Both the position numbers and the translations under genes were made by a program. From Promethearchaeota archaeon (GTDB taxonomy: Archaea; Asgardarchaeota; Lokiarchaeia; Sigyniarchaeales; SOKP01): a stretch of DNA of 64,000 bases. The notes under the pieces were generated by a model. The model was not told the origin of the DNA and did not search any database. It worked only from the letters and a program-made list of their open reading frames with translations. The stretch spans positions 128,001 through 192,000 of the forward strand of contig JAHPZI010000030.1 in NCBI GenBank assembly GCA_019058295.1, read 5' to 3'. Of the stretch, positions 9,822-18,171 are shown piece by piece (the first letter of the stretch is position 1; every line of letters starts with the position of its first letter).

Positions 9822-10084
9822 ATTATTAGGTATTTTATTAATACTGAATATTTATTACTTTTTATGCATTTTGGTTAAGCTCATTTTTTCTCAAATTGTC
9901 TCAAGCTGAGCTACAGAACATGAGCAAATTTGATCATTTTTTATTTTTATCACTTAGTTTTGTATTCTAGTTGTTATTAGCTTTATGTTTTTTACTTGTT
10001 TTTGATTTCCCCGCCTCTTTTAATTGGGCTTTAAAATAATTATATTTGAAGAACAACCTTATTTTTTATATTTTATATTTCTCT

Positions 10085-10408
10085 TTAATTAAAGAATAGT
10101 AGATTGAACAAGGTCGTAATTATAGTAATTGATAAGAATAATATAATAAAGATTAAGGCACTTTTAGCTTCCTTAAGATAATCATCATTTTTTAATAAAT
10201 AGTTAGGGGCTGTTTTAAATGATATTAACAACAGATATGCAATTAAAATCATAATAATAGCTGGAAATAATGTTAAAAGAACCAACGATTCTAAAAGAAA
10301 AGCTAAATAAAATATGATTGGAAAACCAATAATTAAGCAGACTATTGAAGTAAAGAATAAAGTTATTGTTATTTTACCTGAAATCGTTAAATCTTTAAAT
10401 TTTCCCAT
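10085..10408 (-). CDS. Small membrane protein (about 3 TM)
   Basis: 107-aa hydrophobic ORF with ATG start. Confidence 0.7.
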   Translation of the reverse strand: MGKFKDLTISGKITITLFFTSIVCLIIGFPIIFYLAFLLESLVLLTLFPAIIMILIAYLLLISFKTAPNYLLKNDDYLKEAKSALIFIILFLSITIITTLFNLLFFN

Positions 10409-10502
10409 TTTTATGAATCACTGGTGTTTTAATAGATTTCTATAGAGAAGTTAAGTCTCTTGTTTTATATTTTTTATTCTATAAGAGAATATTGTTATTA
10501 AT

Positions 10503-10556
10503 TAAATATAATATTTATATAGCGTATAAGCGCAATATATATTAAGATAAAATTCA
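10503..10556. repeat. 54-bp intergenic module with imperfect palindrome (copy 1; copy 2 at 15163-15216)
   Basis: taaatataatatttatatagcg-N6-cgcaatatatattaagataaaattca. 51/54 identical to copy 2, with all mismatches in the 6-nt centre. Confidence 0.95.
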
Positions 10557-10596
10557 GATCGGATTGGCTTAAGTTCTAAGGAGAGTTTTATAATAT

Positions 10597-11601
10597 TTAG
10601 TTTTCATCAACTATTTTCTTGAGCGCACTCTTTTTAATCCGATTGACGCTACAGTTTTTTAGAGTAATTATTCCTTCCACTTTCTCTCTCGCTATGATTT
10701 TATCTATTGAGGAATTCTCGATAATTATATCATGGCACGCACCAAACTCGAGCTTCTTAATTTTTACATCTCTTAACATAATGTTGGAGCAATTGTCAAG
10801 AGAAAATGAGTTTGTAAAGCTACAGTTTTCGAAAATCATGTTTTGAGTGTCAAATAACTTGACCTTCTTGGGGTGATAATTTTTCATAATTACATTAAAC
10901 CTATTCTTATATACTAAAATATCATTGAAATGATGTTTATAACCATATTTCGACTTAACTTTAGATTTTGCGTTGACGTTCTCGATAATTATAGGGTCGG
11001 TTTTCGTACCAGCACCCCTACATTCAAAAAAATCATTATATATAGTAAACTCATCGTCTTTCAAAACTGGTAGTTTATCGATGTCCTTTAGTTTTGAGTC
11101 CAACTCAACATCCCTGAAACTAAATTTGTTGTTTTCGAGAACATTACCCCTACTTTTATTTCCAAAGTTAGTGAATCTCCATAAAATCTCAGAGTTTTTT
11201 ATCGTACTTTCATCAAGCTTCGCAAGATAAAGCCACTCGATTTCAATATTATCTAAAGAACACTTTTCACATTCTACAAAATCTAAATTGTTGCCAAAAA
11301 AATTTCTAATATCTATATGAGAACAGTAATAGAAGCCCGTTGTATCGATTTCACAATTTTCAATAGTTATGTTTTTGCAATAATGACATGATAATTGATT
11401 AATCGGTCCTGATTTCCACTTAATGTCCCTGAACACTATGTGTGAATTCGACTCAAAAATCTCTATTCCTGAAGGGAGATTCACATCAGGGTCGATAATG
11501 TAAGGATTTTCTTTTATCCCCTCCCCTTCACAGTCGACTTCAATTATCTTTATTTTTTCCCAATCCGCATTGCGCTTAAATTCTTGAATTCTTAATGGGA
11601 T
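10597..11601 (-). CDS. Right-handed beta-helix repeat protein with two internal modules; probable start upstream of the called GTG (11484)
   Basis: xxNCxI/F repeats. The frame is open to 11601 and encodes CEGEGIKENPYII, matching the internal CRGAGTKTDPIII repeat. Confidence 0.65.
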   Translation of the reverse strand: MPLRIQEFKRNADWEKIKIIEVDCEGEGIKENPYIIDPDVNLPSGIEIFESNSHIVFRDIKWKSGPINQLSCHYCKNITIENCEIDTTGFYYCSHIDIRNFFGNNLDFVECEKCSLDNIEIEWLYLAKLDESTIKNSEILWRFTNFGNKSRGNVLENNKFSFRDVELDSKLKDIDKLPVLKDDEFTIYNDFFECRGAGTKTDPIIIENVNAKSKVKSKYGYKHHFNDILVYKNRFNVIMKNYHPKKVKLFDTQNMIFENCSFTNSFSLDNCSNIMLRDVKIKKLEFGACHDIIIENSSIDKIIAREKVEGIITLKNCSVNRIKKSALKKIVDEN

Positions 11602-11693
11602 ACTTTCTCACTTTTTTTTAATAATTTCTCTATATTAATTATATTATCTTGAACTAAATATAATATTAAATATTCTATAGTTAATTGTTAATA

Positions 11694-11741
11694 TTAGGAA
11701 TGAAATAATAGACAAAAAATCATTGAGAATATGGAAAAAAT
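11694..11741 (+). repeat. 48-bp leader plus first codons shared by two paralogous genes (copy 2 at 14452-14499)
   Basis: ttaggaatgaaataatagacaaaaa(a/c)tcattgagaatATGgaaaaaat, 47/48 identical. Confidence 0.95.
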
Positions 11742-12465
11742 AGACTCTTATTTAAAGCCAAATGAAAAAATCTTATGGAAAAAGTGTAAAATTTTCAATT
11801 ATTATTTAGATTCAATTAAAGAGGTAATGTTTTCCCTAGTTTTTATTCTTGTTCCAAGTGCCTTGGGCATTTATGCGTTAATAATGTTTATAATCACCTT
11901 TAATTTCATTCAATTAGGAGTCTTTATTTTTTTAGTCGTTATTTTGCTAGTCCCATTCGTAATTCTCTCTAAAAATCTAAAAGAAATGAAAAGACAGAGA
12001 ACAATATTACCTAAAAACGAGCTGAAGAATTATAAATATTGCTCAATAATAACTAACATGAGATATATTCACAAGCACCTTAAAAACTTAGAGAAAGCCT
12101 ACGTTGCACAAGTTGCTATTACAATTTCTGACCATAAGGATGATATTTTTTCAGTCAATCTTGATAATATCAAAATGGTTGGCGTTGAGTATATGAATGA
12201 TAAAGAATGTGAACTCTATCTATTCAGTAAAATTGATTTTAGCTTTCCTCTCACTCTGTATATCGAATTAACATTGCAAGAACTAATAAATGCAGTGAAA
12301 ATCTTAAATGATTTACTACATTTTGAACAAGAGGAGCATCACATTTATGGAGGGATAATATATCTTCGTTCAAAGCAAACAATCCCTAAAAATTTTGAAA
12401 ATTTTTTTAAAACTGAAAAAAACAATATAAAACCTGTTTCAGATGTTATAAAAACAAATAAATAG
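11731..12465 (+). CDS. 2-TM membrane protein with probable PH-like C-terminal domain
   Basis: EKILW, two TM helices, IITNMR motif. Paralog of 14489-15130. Confidence 0.65.
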   Translation: MEKIDSYLKPNEKILWKKCKIFNYYLDSIKEVMFSLVFILVPSALGIYALIMFIITFNFIQLGVFIFLVVILLVPFVILSKNLKEMKRQRTILPKNELKNYKYCSIITNMRYIHKHLKNLEKAYVAQVAITISDHKDDIFSVNLDNIKMVGVEYMNDKECELYLFSKIDFSFPLTLYIELTLQELINAVKILNDLLHFEQEEHHIYGGIIYLRSKQTIPKNFENFFKTEKNNIKPVSDVIKTNK

Positions 12466-12485
12466 AAATTAACAAGAAATAAATT

Positions 12486-13565
12486 ATGACTGATTTAGTT
12501 TCTTTCAGAGGCGCTGAAATCCCGAAATCTGAAGCTGAAGTTCTAGAGGAGTTAGAAGCTTTAACAGAAAAACAATTTAAGTTAGTTGGTGAGATTATAA
12601 TTGATGTTGAAGTAGTGTTTTCAATCAAAAATAATCGAGTTATCGGGTTAGGACTACCTCTATGTAAACTAAAACAAGTTCCAGAGGTAATTGCTAAATT
12701 ACATTCACTTCAATCATTATCTTTACTAAATAATCGTATAGAGACTATTCCAGAATGGATTGGGGATTTGAAACACCTTAAAGTTTTACATTTAGGTCAG
12801 AATTATATTCGGACTCTTCCTAGTTCAATCGGAAATCTAAAGTCCTTAGAAGTATTAACTATATATGCCTCTGAGCTAGTTTCCTTACCAGAGTCAATCG
12901 GGAATCTTACATCATTAAAGGCTCTATGGTTACAGGATAATTATTTATTAAACACTCTTCCTGATTCAATAGGGAATTTAACATCTCTTGAAGAATTAGT
13001 ATTTCATGACCATGAAATTTTAAATCTCCCAGATTCGATGGGAAATCTAACGTCACTTAAGGAATTATATTTAATTGGAACAGGATTAAAAAGGATTCCA
13101 GAATGGATTGGGAATTTAACATCTTTAAAACTTCTCGATCTTAGCTTTAATGAGTTAAAAATCCTTCCAGAATCAATAGGAAAATTAAAATCACTTGAAA
13201 TTTTGAACTTAAAGCGTAATAAAATGGAACCACTTCCAAAATCAATATATAGTCTAACTGCTCTCAAAGAATTTCATGTGAATAGGAAAGTATATAAAAA
13301 GTCACCTGATTTAATAAAAATCTTAGAACAAAAAGGAGTTGATATTTCTAAATATGGAATAGATTTATTCAATGTGCTTGTTGCTATATCCTTAGGATTA
13401 CCTTTCTATATATTCATAACTTTTATTATAACTGTGGTTTTCATTAGTCAAGAAACAATTATAGTTATAATTATTCTTCTGACTTCAATATTTTTATATT
13501 ATCTTTTAGGAAGAGCTATAATTGATATTGGAACAAAAAGAAAAAATAAAAAAGATAAGGAATAA
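12486..13565 (+). CDS. Leucine-rich repeat protein with C-terminal TM hairpin
   Basis: About 9 LPxSIGNLxSLxxLxL repeats and two C-terminal hydrophobic helices. Confidence 0.92.
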   Translation: MTDLVSFRGAEIPKSEAEVLEELEALTEKQFKLVGEIIIDVEVVFSIKNNRVIGLGLPLCKLKQVPEVIAKLHSLQSLSLLNNRIETIPEWIGDLKHLKVLHLGQNYIRTLPSSIGNLKSLEVLTIYASELVSLPESIGNLTSLKALWLQDNYLLNTLPDSIGNLTSLEELVFHDHEILNLPDSMGNLTSLKELYLIGTGLKRIPEWIGNLTSLKLLDLSFNELKILPESIGKLKSLEILNLKRNKMEPLPKSIYSLTALKEFHVNRKVYKKSPDLIKILEQKGVDISKYGIDLFNVLVAISLGLPFYIFITFIITVVFISQETIIVIIILLTSIFLYYLLGRAIIDIGTKRKNKKDKE

Positions 13566-13613
13566 CTATTTGGATTTGAAATTTGAGATAAAATTCAATC
13601 GTGAACTTTAATT

Positions 13614-13727
13614 ATGAGTGAGTTAGATTCTTTCAGAGGCGCTGAAATTCCAAAAAAAGGAGCCGAAGTATTAGAAGAGTTAGAAATTTTAATAAAAAAA
13701 ACAATTCAAGTTAGTTGATGAGATTAT
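13614..13727 (+). pseudogene. Truncated, frameshifted copy of the 5' end of an LRR gene
   Basis: MSELDSFRGAEIPKKGAEVLEELE versus MTDLVSFRGAEIPKSEAEVLEELE (12486). An extra A falls in the poly-A run, and similarity ends after about 38 codons. Confidence 0.9.
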
Positions 13728-13766
13728 GTATTGCAAAATATGTTTTGTATAAAATAGTGAAGAATT

Positions 13767-14426
13767 ATGAAAGCCAATAGGGAAAGATGTATTTACTGCG
13801 ACTCCGTACTTAAAAGAAGCAAGTTAAGTTGTCCTCAATGTAATGAAAAAATTTTTACTAAAGAGAATTATATTAAAAATCTCCCGTGGCTTTTTATTTT
13901 ACGCACATTAATAATAGCTAGTATTATACTTGCTATTATAATGTTCTCAGGGTGGTTATTTGTATTTTTAATTTCAGGGAATGACGCTTTAAGGTTTGTT
14001 GTTATTTTTTATATAGGATTAATAGTTGCTATGATATCTGCTTTAATTATACATAAAATATTTGAAAGTGGACAATTTATAATCTCAAATAAAAGTATTC
14101 AATTTAAGATGAGGAATGAGAAAGCTATTGAATTTGTATGGAATGAAATAAATAAAATAGAAATAATAAAAGAAAGATATCGAACGAGGTCAGGTTCAGA
14201 AACAGGATCCTCAATTGTAACAGGATATAACCTAAAATTCTATCTTCCCGAAGGAGAAAGATCTTTGAGACTTTGGTGTTTATACTTTACAAGAGACAAA
14301 TCTGTTGAAAAAGTAATTGAACTAATAAAAGAATTCTCTAAATATTTTAAGAAAGAAATAAAGGAATCAGACGATTTAGAAGATATTAAATATCGTAGAT
14401 TCGATTGTCCCAAAAAAATAAAATAG
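13767..14426 (+). CDS. Zinc-ribbon + 2-TM + PH-like membrane protein
   Basis: CIYC...CPQC, two TM helices, FIISNKSIQF..FVWNEINKIEI (PH-like strands). Confidence 0.65.
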   Translation: MKANRERCIYCDSVLKRSKLSCPQCNEKIFTKENYIKNLPWLFILRTLIIASIILAIIMFSGWLFVFLISGNDALRFVVIFYIGLIVAMISALIIHKIFESGQFIISNKSIQFKMRNEKAIEFVWNEINKIEIIKERYRTRSGSETGSSIVTGYNLKFYLPEGERSLRLWCLYFTRDKSVEKVIELIKEFSKYFKKEIKESDDLEDIKYRRFDCPKKIK

Positions 14427-14451
14427 ATTTTTTAGATTGAATATTAAATGT

Positions 14452-14499
14452 TTAGGAATGAAATAATAGACAAAAACTCATTGAGAATATGGAAAAAAT
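14452..14499 (+). repeat. Second copy of the 48-bp leader/start module
   Basis: 47/48 identical to 11694-11741. Confidence 0.95.
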
Positions 14500-15130
14500 T
14501 GAAGCTTTATTAGAAGAGGATGAGAGAATCTTATGGAAACATGTTAAGATTGAATATATCTTGAGATATATTTATAAGGCAATAATTGTTAGCTTGTTTA
14601 TTCCAAGCTTTATTCTCATATTTTTTCTTCTAATTTATTTATTTGGTGAGATAAAAAGTATTTTAATGTTGATACTCTTTTGTGTCATCCTCCTGTCTAT
14701 GGAGGTTGCTGTTATTTTTATTTTTTATGAAGATTTTGAGACTAAAAAGAAATCTTTTGAAAATATCCATTTAAACCTTAAAGATTATAAAAAATACAAT
14801 GAAATGTACATCATAACGAATAAGAGATGGTTTCATAAACATTATGGCTATACGGAAGAATTTATCTGCGATGCTTATTCATTTCATCAACAAAAAGATG
14901 AGATTCTGTTTTTTCCTTTTAATTCTATTAAAATAATTAGATTTGAATTGAAAAAACGCAAAATTACATTTTTTAATAATTATGATCTTTATATTATGAA
15001 GAGCGGATTAGAATATGAAATATCTTCAAAATCGGATTTTCAGGAATTAGTGAGGATTATTAAAGATACTTTTCCAATTGAAAAAGAAGAACTTCATAAG
15101 AAAGGAGAGATATTATTTTTACAGAATTAA
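14489..15130 (+). CDS. 2-TM membrane protein with probable PH-like domain
   Basis: ERILW, two TM helices, YIITNKRWFHKH. Paralog of 11731-12465. Confidence 0.65.
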   Translation: MEKIEALLEEDERILWKHVKIEYILRYIYKAIIVSLFIPSFILIFFLLIYLFGEIKSILMLILFCVILLSMEVAVIFIFYEDFETKKKSFENIHLNLKDYKKYNEMYIITNKRWFHKHYGYTEEFICDAYSFHQQKDEILFFPFNSIKIIRFELKKRKITFFNNYDLYIMKSGLEYEISSKSDFQELVRIIKDTFPIEKEELHKKGEILFLQN

Positions 15131-15141
15131 TTTTAACATTC

Positions 15142-15216
15142 AGAGAATCTTATATCTTGGACTAAATATAATATTTATATAGCGAAGAATCGCAATATAT
15201 ATTAAGATAAAATTCA
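15142..15216. repeat. Composite intergenic module: 29-bp unit (shared with 15709-15737, partly 11645-11667) overlapping the 54-bp palindromic unit (shared with 10503-10556)
   Basis: agagaatcttatatcttggactaaatata is 26/29 identical to 15709-15737; 15153-15175 is 22/23 identical to 11645-11667. Confidence 0.9.
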
Positions 15217-15229
15217 AGTTGTATAAATT

Positions 15230-15664
15230 GTGGTAAAGAAGTTTCGAAGAGATAGAATAGATGAAGTTTCAATAGTTTATATGCGGTTGGTTTTTTTAGG
15301 TTTTGTTTTAAGCCTTAGTACTGCTGGAATATGTTTACTATTATACGATTTTCTTCCTAAAATTTTAGCATCATTTATTATATCAATAAGCATTAGTCTC
15401 ACATTAATATTTTTTTACTTATTTGACCGAATTTTCCTTTTTCTTCCGAGTTATACTGGGGGGATAATGTTTTTTTTGCTCGGAATAACTCTTTTTTTGA
15501 TATTTCTTATATATGATCCATTTGGAGATATTACCCTGATCGCATTTCTAATTCTCACATTTGTTATGACAGTCTTCGGAATTATCTATATTTATGAAGG
15601 AATAAGATTTAGTCTCGAACAAAGAAAGAAGAAAAAATCCAAGAAACATGGAAAAAAAAGCTAA
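15230..15664 (+). CDS. Small 4-TM membrane protein with basic tail
   Basis: Four hydrophobic helices, Lys-rich C-terminus, GTG start. Confidence 0.7.
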   Translation: MVKKFRRDRIDEVSIVYMRLVFLGFVLSLSTAGICLLLYDFLPKILASFIISISISLTLIFFYLFDRIFLFLPSYTGGIMFFLLGITLFLIFLIYDPFGDITLIAFLILTFVMTVFGIIYIYEGIRFSLEQRKKKKSKKHGKKS

Positions 15665-15708
15665 ATACGATATTTAGGAAGAAAAAGCAGAAATTATTAA
15701 TTAGATTT

Positions 15709-15737
15709 AGAGAATCTTATATCTTAGAATAGATATA
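15709..15737. repeat. Direct-repeat copy of 15142-15170, flanking gene 15230-15664
   Basis: 26/29 identity. Confidence 0.85.
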
Positions 15738-15871
15738 TGACTTCTCAATGTGATTTAAATAGAGTAGTTTAAAACCTTTTTTTTAAAAAATTGAATTGAT
15801 GTTAATATTCATTTTTTTTACTTTTGATAAATATTTATAAATACCGGGGTATAATTAGTTCTGTATTTATT

Positions 15872-17335
15872 ATGATTGAAAAAAAAGAGAATAATGATAT
15901 TTATTTAGATTATGAAAACCATCGTTGTATTAGCGGACATTGTAAACCAAATCAACGAGCCATTTTTGGAAAAGCTTTAAAAAATTCTCAGGGAAAAATA
16001 ACTTTCAAAAAATTTGATGTTTTTACAAGTTCTGAGTGGGGTAATTATTATGGAATTATTTATAGAATCATTGATACTAATAAGGATAATTCATTACAAA
16101 GAAGAAAATTTTACATCGGGAGAACAATCCAAAAGCTAAAAGAGAGGTTTAGACAACATTTCAAAAGTCCTCCAAATTCTTTTCTTGCCAAAGCTTTTGC
16201 TCGTTATAATAAAAGATTTACAATTGTTGAAAATGGGATAATAAATGACTCAATGTCATACAGAACTAAAGGTGGTGAATTTATTATTGAAGTACTTAAA
16301 TATTGTATCGATGTCGATTCAATTAATAAAAATGAAATCGACGAAATTGAACGCCATCAATCATGGATTACTAAATATGGTACTCATTATGGTTATAATA
16401 TAAATAGAGGTGGAGGAGATCGTGGGGTTCCTAAGGAAGGGCAAAAGGGCGAAGATCACTATAGATGGATAAATATAGATGAAGGTTTATTAATTCAATT
16501 AATTCAAAAAGGATTATTATTGGATGAAATCGCAGGTGAATTTGGTACATCAACTCCTACGATTGAAAGAAGAATTAGGGATTTTAAAATTAAATATAGT
16601 GTAAAAAATATAACTGAAGCCAGAAAATTATTTGGCGGGGAACAAAAAGCCAATAAAAGGAGAAGTTATATTAATTCAATGGCTCATCCAAATAAAAAAA
16701 TAATCTTAGATGAAGATATGATTGAACAAATTGAACTATTAAAAACCAGATTAGAAATTCAAAAAATTCTAAAAATAGGGCATGTCCAATTTTATGATAA
16801 GTTGAATGAAATGGGATATGAAGGGTTAGATGATATTCGAGATGATCTGGGTGTATTAGAAGATTATAAAAAACAGTATGCAGAGAGATTGAGCAGATCA
16901 TTGTCAAAAGATGTTGATATAGATAAATTTATCGAAGCGATTATATCTGGTTTAAATAAAGAGGAGCTAGAAGAAAAATTTGGAATTGGTGATATATTGT
17001 TTTATAAGACATTAAAAAAGATTGGATACGATAGTCTTCCTATTGCTAGAAAGGATTTAGGTGGGCAATTAAATTTTGAATTTCGAAGATATATAAAATA
17101 TTCTAAACATGTTTTAGAAGCTTTGAATGTTCTTTTGAAAAATAATAAAGATTTTACAGCACAAATGCTTGGTGAAAGTTTAAATATATCAGAAAACGGT
17201 GCTTACCATCATATATCAAAACATTTAATACGTTATGGATTAGTTGAAGAACTCCCAAATCAAGAATATAGAAAAAAAAGACGATATAGATTAACTAATT
17301 TTGGGAATGAATTATTGTATAAGCTATTTTCTTAG
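15872..17335 (+). CDS. Free-standing GIY-YIG endonuclease with tandem HTH repeats and C-terminal winged helix
   Basis: GIIYRI...FYIGRT, R..QH, E, GYNINRGG; three HTH-like repeats; MarR-like wHTH ending RYRLTNFG. Likely ATG at 15872. Confidence 0.85.
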   Translation: MIEKKENNDIYLDYENHRCISGHCKPNQRAIFGKALKNSQGKITFKKFDVFTSSEWGNYYGIIYRIIDTNKDNSLQRRKFYIGRTIQKLKERFRQHFKSPPNSFLAKAFARYNKRFTIVENGIINDSMSYRTKGGEFIIEVLKYCIDVDSINKNEIDEIERHQSWITKYGTHYGYNINRGGGDRGVPKEGQKGEDHYRWINIDEGLLIQLIQKGLLLDEIAGEFGTSTPTIERRIRDFKIKYSVKNITEARKLFGGEQKANKRRSYINSMAHPNKKIILDEDMIEQIELLKTRLEIQKILKIGHVQFYDKLNEMGYEGLDDIRDDLGVLEDYKKQYAERLSRSLSKDVDIDKFIEAIISGLNKEELEEKFGIGDILFYKTLKKIGYDSLPIARKDLGGQLNFEFRRYIKYSKHVLEALNVLLKNNKDFTAQMLGESLNISENGAYHHISKHLIRYGLVEELPNQEYRKKRRYRLTNFGNELLYKLFS

Positions 17336-17489
17336 TATTTTTATAGATAAAGTCATTTTAACTTCTGTATTAGTTAATTTGTAATTAGCAAGTAAAAAAT
17401 ATCTATAGAATTACAAAAAATTATTATTATTTTTTTAACTTTTTATACTACTGTAAAAAGTATTTAAGAATCTTCGATGTGATGATAAA

Positions 17490-18149
17490 TTGAAAAGAAT
17501 TGTGCTTCTGGGAGCACCAGGAAGTGGTAAAGGAACCTTTTCTGCGCAAATAAAGAAGGTCTTGCCAGATATTATTCATGTTAGTACTGGAGATATATTT
17601 AGAGAAAACGTAAAGAATAACACTGAATTAGGAAAAAAAGCTAAATCATATATGGATCGTGGAGAGCTTGTTCCAGACAGTTTAGTTATCGATCTTGTTA
17701 TAGATAGATTAAATAAAAAAGATATTCTTGAAAATGGATTCATTTTGGACGGTTTTCCAAGAAATATTGAACAAAGTAATGCATTACAGGAGAACAGTAG
17801 CATTGACATTGTACTTTTACTAGAAGTCAGTAGAGACGTCATAACGAAAAGAATTTTAGGAAGGTTTGGTTGTAATAAATGTGGCGAGATATATAATAAA
17901 TATACCTTACCGCCTAAAATAGAAAAAGGGGAGGATCAATGGATTTGCGATAAATGTGGCGCCGAAATAAAATTTGAGCAAAGAAGCGACGATACTGAAG
18001 AAACATTGAAGAATCGTCTAGATGCCTACGAAAAAAATGCCAAACCGATAATTAAATATTATAAAAAGAAGAAATTATTGAAAAAGGTTGACGCCGAAAA
18101 TACTTTAGAATTGTCTGCTGCTGATATTAAAAAAATAATTGAAGTTTAG
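17490..18149 (+). CDS. adk: Adenylate kinase (bacterial/eukaryotic type, Cys4 LID)
   Basis: GAPGSGKGT, STGDIFR, LDGFPR, RSDD, CxxC...CxxC LID. Confidence 0.95.
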   Translation: MKRIVLLGAPGSGKGTFSAQIKKVLPDIIHVSTGDIFRENVKNNTELGKKAKSYMDRGELVPDSLVIDLVIDRLNKKDILENGFILDGFPRNIEQSNALQENSSIDIVLLLEVSRDVITKRILGRFGCNKCGEIYNKYTLPPKIEKGEDQWICDKCGAEIKFEQRSDDTEETLKNRLDAYEKNAKPIIKYYKKKKLLKKVDAENTLELSAADIKKIIEV

Positions 18150-18171
18150 TATAAAATCAAATTGATATTAC

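Noticed and set aside
9895-9960. tRNA gene
   Set aside because: Only a 13-nt D-arm-like match; no acceptor stem, anticodon arm or T-loop
10500-15740. CRISPR array or classical integron attC sites
   Set aside because: Repeats are few, kilobases apart and of several types. No regular spacers, no RYYYAAC/GTTRRRY box pairs, and no cas or intI gene.
3408-17489. Provirus or integrated element with att sites
   Set aside because: No integrase, transposase, capsid or replication genes, and no matching terminal repeats were seen at the island edges
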